64,000 bases of DNA, taken from Octopus vulgaris (lineage: Eukaryota). How positions within the stretch are numbered: position 1 is the stretch's first letter; the number at the start of each line of letters is the position of its first letter. Position numbers and translations under genes: made by a program. The stretch is taken from NCBI GenBank assembly GCA_951406725.2, contig OX597815.1:61194001-61258000 (forward strand), given 5' to 3'. Under the pieces are notes generated by a model. It ran no database searches. It was given only the letters and a program-made list of their open reading frames with translations, and was not told where the DNA came from. This document shows positions 60,925 through 64,000 of this stretch, piece by piece.

Positions 60925-61827
60925 AACACGGGGCCGACCTGCCCGAGATGCAGTCAGAGCGACGAAACCGTTCTGCACGCACTCGTGCAGTGTCCAACAA
61001 TTTCCGACCTGTGGGCTTATGTCGAACAACTGCTGTCACGTGTGGGACGAGTCGGTTTATCAGCTGAGTCTATCGTCAATATTGTCACGCCTCCTTCCTT
61101 CAAACGGGAAGGAAGGGCTATTTTCATCATCCTTGTGGCTATGGCGAAAGAATGTATCTGGTGGACGCGTCTGAAAGGATTGGAGACAAACACTTTCCTC
61201 TCTGGTCAATCTCTCATCAACTTCTTCAAGTACCACTTGAAAAGGAAAGTGAGAGTAGAGAGGCAAGTTTTGTCTCGCGAATGTTTTAAAAAAAAGATAG
61301 GTGAATGTAGCAAGGATGGCACGTATGAATGACGAAGCCACCTTGAGCATAATCCTATGAACCCAGAAATTGAAAACAGAGGATTACCCACTTGCAAACA
61401 AATGTGGTAACATATAACAATATTGACCAAGGTTACCGTGGTCTTTTTCGTAGGCTTTTCTTCCCACGGATAAACCTTACTTGCTTTTCCCTTTACACCA
61501 TACATCATAACACTGTGATACACGATCCCTATTGATCGTTTTTTTGTTGTTTTTTTCCTCTTCCCCTTTTTTCCCCTTTTTTCTTTCCTTTTTTTTTCTT
61601 CTTTTTTCATTTCTCTTTTCTTTTGTTCCTTTTCCTTTTTTTTTTCTTTTTTCTTTCTTTTTTTTATTCTTTGTTCTTTTTTTCCCTCTTACGATCCCTT
61701 TTGATCGAAAACCTACGCCACCTTTTTTTTTTTGTTTCTTTTGTTTTTTTGTTTTTTTGTTTTTTTTCATCCCCCAAAAGAAAAGCTCTACCATCTGTGT
61801 GCAGCCCTGTGTGGCCAATAAAGAAAC

Positions 61828-61829
<2 letters not shown>
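60924..61829 (+). mobile_element. Tx1/L1-clade LINE 3' fragment inserted in (TATC)n
   Basis: TCPRCSQSDETVLHALVQC (CCHC zf-RVT-like), LW..IWWTR; T-rich 3' UTR ending AATAAAgaaact. (TATC)n on both sides. Confidence 0.85.
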
Positions 61830-61876
<47 letters not shown>

Positions 61877-61879
61877 AAT

Positions 61880-63447
61880 CTACGCGTGTTGTCACCTCGG
61901 CTCCGAAGGTAATCATTTATTTTGACTATTTATAGCCCATATTTTGTGTATAATTTTGTAAATAAGGTGTGTAAGGCACCCAACTTTCGTTTGAGTACTT
62001 TTCCAAGGGAGGAATTCGCCCCTAGGGGCAGTTTCAACCCTATTTAATTTGTGTATTTTTCTTCTCGACATTTTAAAAATGTCGAGAAATGTTATTGTAG
62101 AACGCTGGTCGCGTTCCTTTATGGACCAGCATTTTCCTAGACTGGAAAAAAAGAACTTATGCACGACAAAGACAAACCTGAATGACGTGGTAGTGAACGC
62201 TGCAACCACTTGCGTTAACAGCCCTGTCACCACCACCACCACCACCACCACCACCACTAACAACAACGAGACTACTACTGATACCACTACCACCACCAAC
62301 ATAAATGATAAAAATGAAACTCACGCGAATACTATTAACAAAAACAGAAGAAGAACAACAACAATAAAAATGAAATAAATATCTTACCATCTAATGGTGA
62401 AGATATTAATATAAAAGAATCAACAACACCAGTAAATTTCGCTGACACTCTGCGTCAGAAAAATAGAAATAATAAAATTTACGAATGAAGAGTTAATAGA
62501 AACGAGAGCACTCTTTACAACCCAGGAGCAGGATTTAGTGCTGCATACACCTCAACACATAAAGGAACAAATAGAAAATAAGACAATTATATACAAAATT
62601 ATGAAAAAAAAAATGAACAGATTACAAAAACGGACATAGAAAAGTGTTTAAAAAACATAATGAAAAAAAAGAATATATAAACTGGGGTCCCCAGTTTAAT
62701 ACAGTGGTGGTTCGGTTCCCTAACCAGGAAGTGGCAAAAGCTCACTCTACGGAGTCTTTGCAAAATGATGAAATCATCATGGTACCATATTACAAAGGCC
62801 AGAGAGTGAGTAGAATTAACATTAAAAAGGTACCCCCCGGGATACCTAACAAATGGATAACAGGGGCAATCTGTTACCATTTGAAAACGATAAACATATC
62901 AGAAACCGCCGTGTACAAAAACGACAATTGGGGTGGTAAAACAATAGTAGTGACCATCCAGATTGAGGGGTCCTCTATCGAGAACCTACCTGATAGGATC
63001 CATTTAGAAAATGGGCAAAGCCTATATGTTGTAGCAGAAGGCAAAAAGCCTAGATGCTACAACTGTGGCAGCCCAGAACATTTAATTGCCGAGTGCGCTC
63101 TGGCACAGAAAAAACAAGAAAGAACAAATCAGAAAACAAATAAAAAACCTTGTTGCCAACACCAACACCAACACCAACACACTCAATTATGGAACAATGC
63201 CAAGAAAAACAACAAATCAGCAAACAAATCCCAACAACATCACCAAGGAAAGAAGCAGTACCAAACAATCACCGTTGACGTCGCAACCAATTCATCATGC
63301 TAAACCAACAAAAGATAGACCAACACCAACACCGAGGACGACAATTAAAAAGACAGAAAACAGTGACGAGAAGACAAATTCTACACCTAACACCACAACA
63401 GCACAAACACCGCACAAAACATCAACAATTTCTACAAGCATACATAT
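61880..63447 (+). mobile_element. Non-LTR retrotransposon 5' part: gag-like ORF1 with zinc knuckle (probably Tx1/L1 clade), disrupted
   Basis: ORF 62644..63303 has RINIKKVPP and EGKKPRCYNCGSPEHLIAEC (CX2CX4HX4C). Starts right after (TATC)n and contains frameshifts. Confidence 0.75.
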
Positions 63448-64000
63448 TGTTACGGGGGATCCCCTTCGAACGAAAGCTGTTACGGAATCCCTCCCACAGG
63501 CCCGATCGATCAATACATCATACAGTCCGGAGACAACAGTTCTGTTTCAAATCGCATTAACGTTACAGTTCAAAGGATATTAAAGGCATATACAGTTCAA
63601 TGTTCATTACACAGTTCTCTTTGCCTTAACAGTTCTGTAACACATATCAACACAGTTCACATTGTTCTTTTTTACTGTCTCATTTCTTTTACATTTCAAT
63701 ACATCGATTCTTTTTCCTTCTTTCTCTTCACATATCAATACAACAATTCACGTACCGTTACATTAGCCAATGTCTCATATTGTAGTTCCTCTCTATCAGC
63801 CGCCTAATCCTCCGTATATCTCCCTCTCTGTCACAGCAGAACAAACCAACTGCTAAAATCCAAACTGCCGCTTGCCCTGAATTTCAAATACCGACTGCCT
63901 CTCAATCTCTCCGGCCGGAACTGACTTACAGACTCACAGCTCCTTTTTATAAGGTAGTTTCTCTGACCCTTTCTTGACCAGCAAAAGGGTAGGGGTCCTT
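63448..64000 (-). mobile_element. Probable LTR (runs off the window) interrupting the LINE ORF1
   Basis: TGTTACG termini at 63448 and 63478 (..CGTAACA on the minus strand), an abrupt composition change and an internal core promoter. Confidence 0.5.
63919..63951 (-). promoter_or_regulatory. TATA box plus initiator core promoter
   Basis: Minus strand TATAAAAAGG...TCAGTT, with the Inr A 29 nt downstream of the first T of the TATA box (canonical spacing). Confidence 0.55.

Overview
Eukaryotic, AT-rich, extremely microsatellite-dense DNA made almost entirely of transposon debris. The repeat repertoire suggests an octopus or other coleoid cephalopod (inference, not proven). I cannot support any intact host protein-coding gene; the long HT/YI/CV/poly-I ORFs are microsatellite translations. 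Recognisable content: several Penelope-like element (PLE) fragments (Naiad-like, Neptune-like, Penelope/Poseidon-like) with hammerhead or hammerhead-like motifs at their ends and frequent snap-back inverted repeats; a stack of R4/Dong-type and Tx1/L1-type LINEs in (TAA)n and (TATC)n tracts; mariner, Tc1 and piggyBac relics; a head-to-tail cluster of non-autonomous Helitrons; many SINEs; a 5'-truncated U6 snRNA retrocopy; an RTE fragment; and a probable LTR at the right end. Most notable: (1) a 200-bp patch in a PLE 3' region that looks A-to-G hypermutated, a possible genomically fixed ADAR footprint, with a sequencing artefact not excluded; (2) recurring hammerhead variants with altered catalytic cores (CCGA.GA, CUGU.GA) shared between separate copies; (3) a ~1.35-kb diverged minisatellite derived from a SINE body; (4) partitioning of retroelement families among different microsatellite targets. 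All coordinates and counts were read by eye, and element boundaries are approximate.
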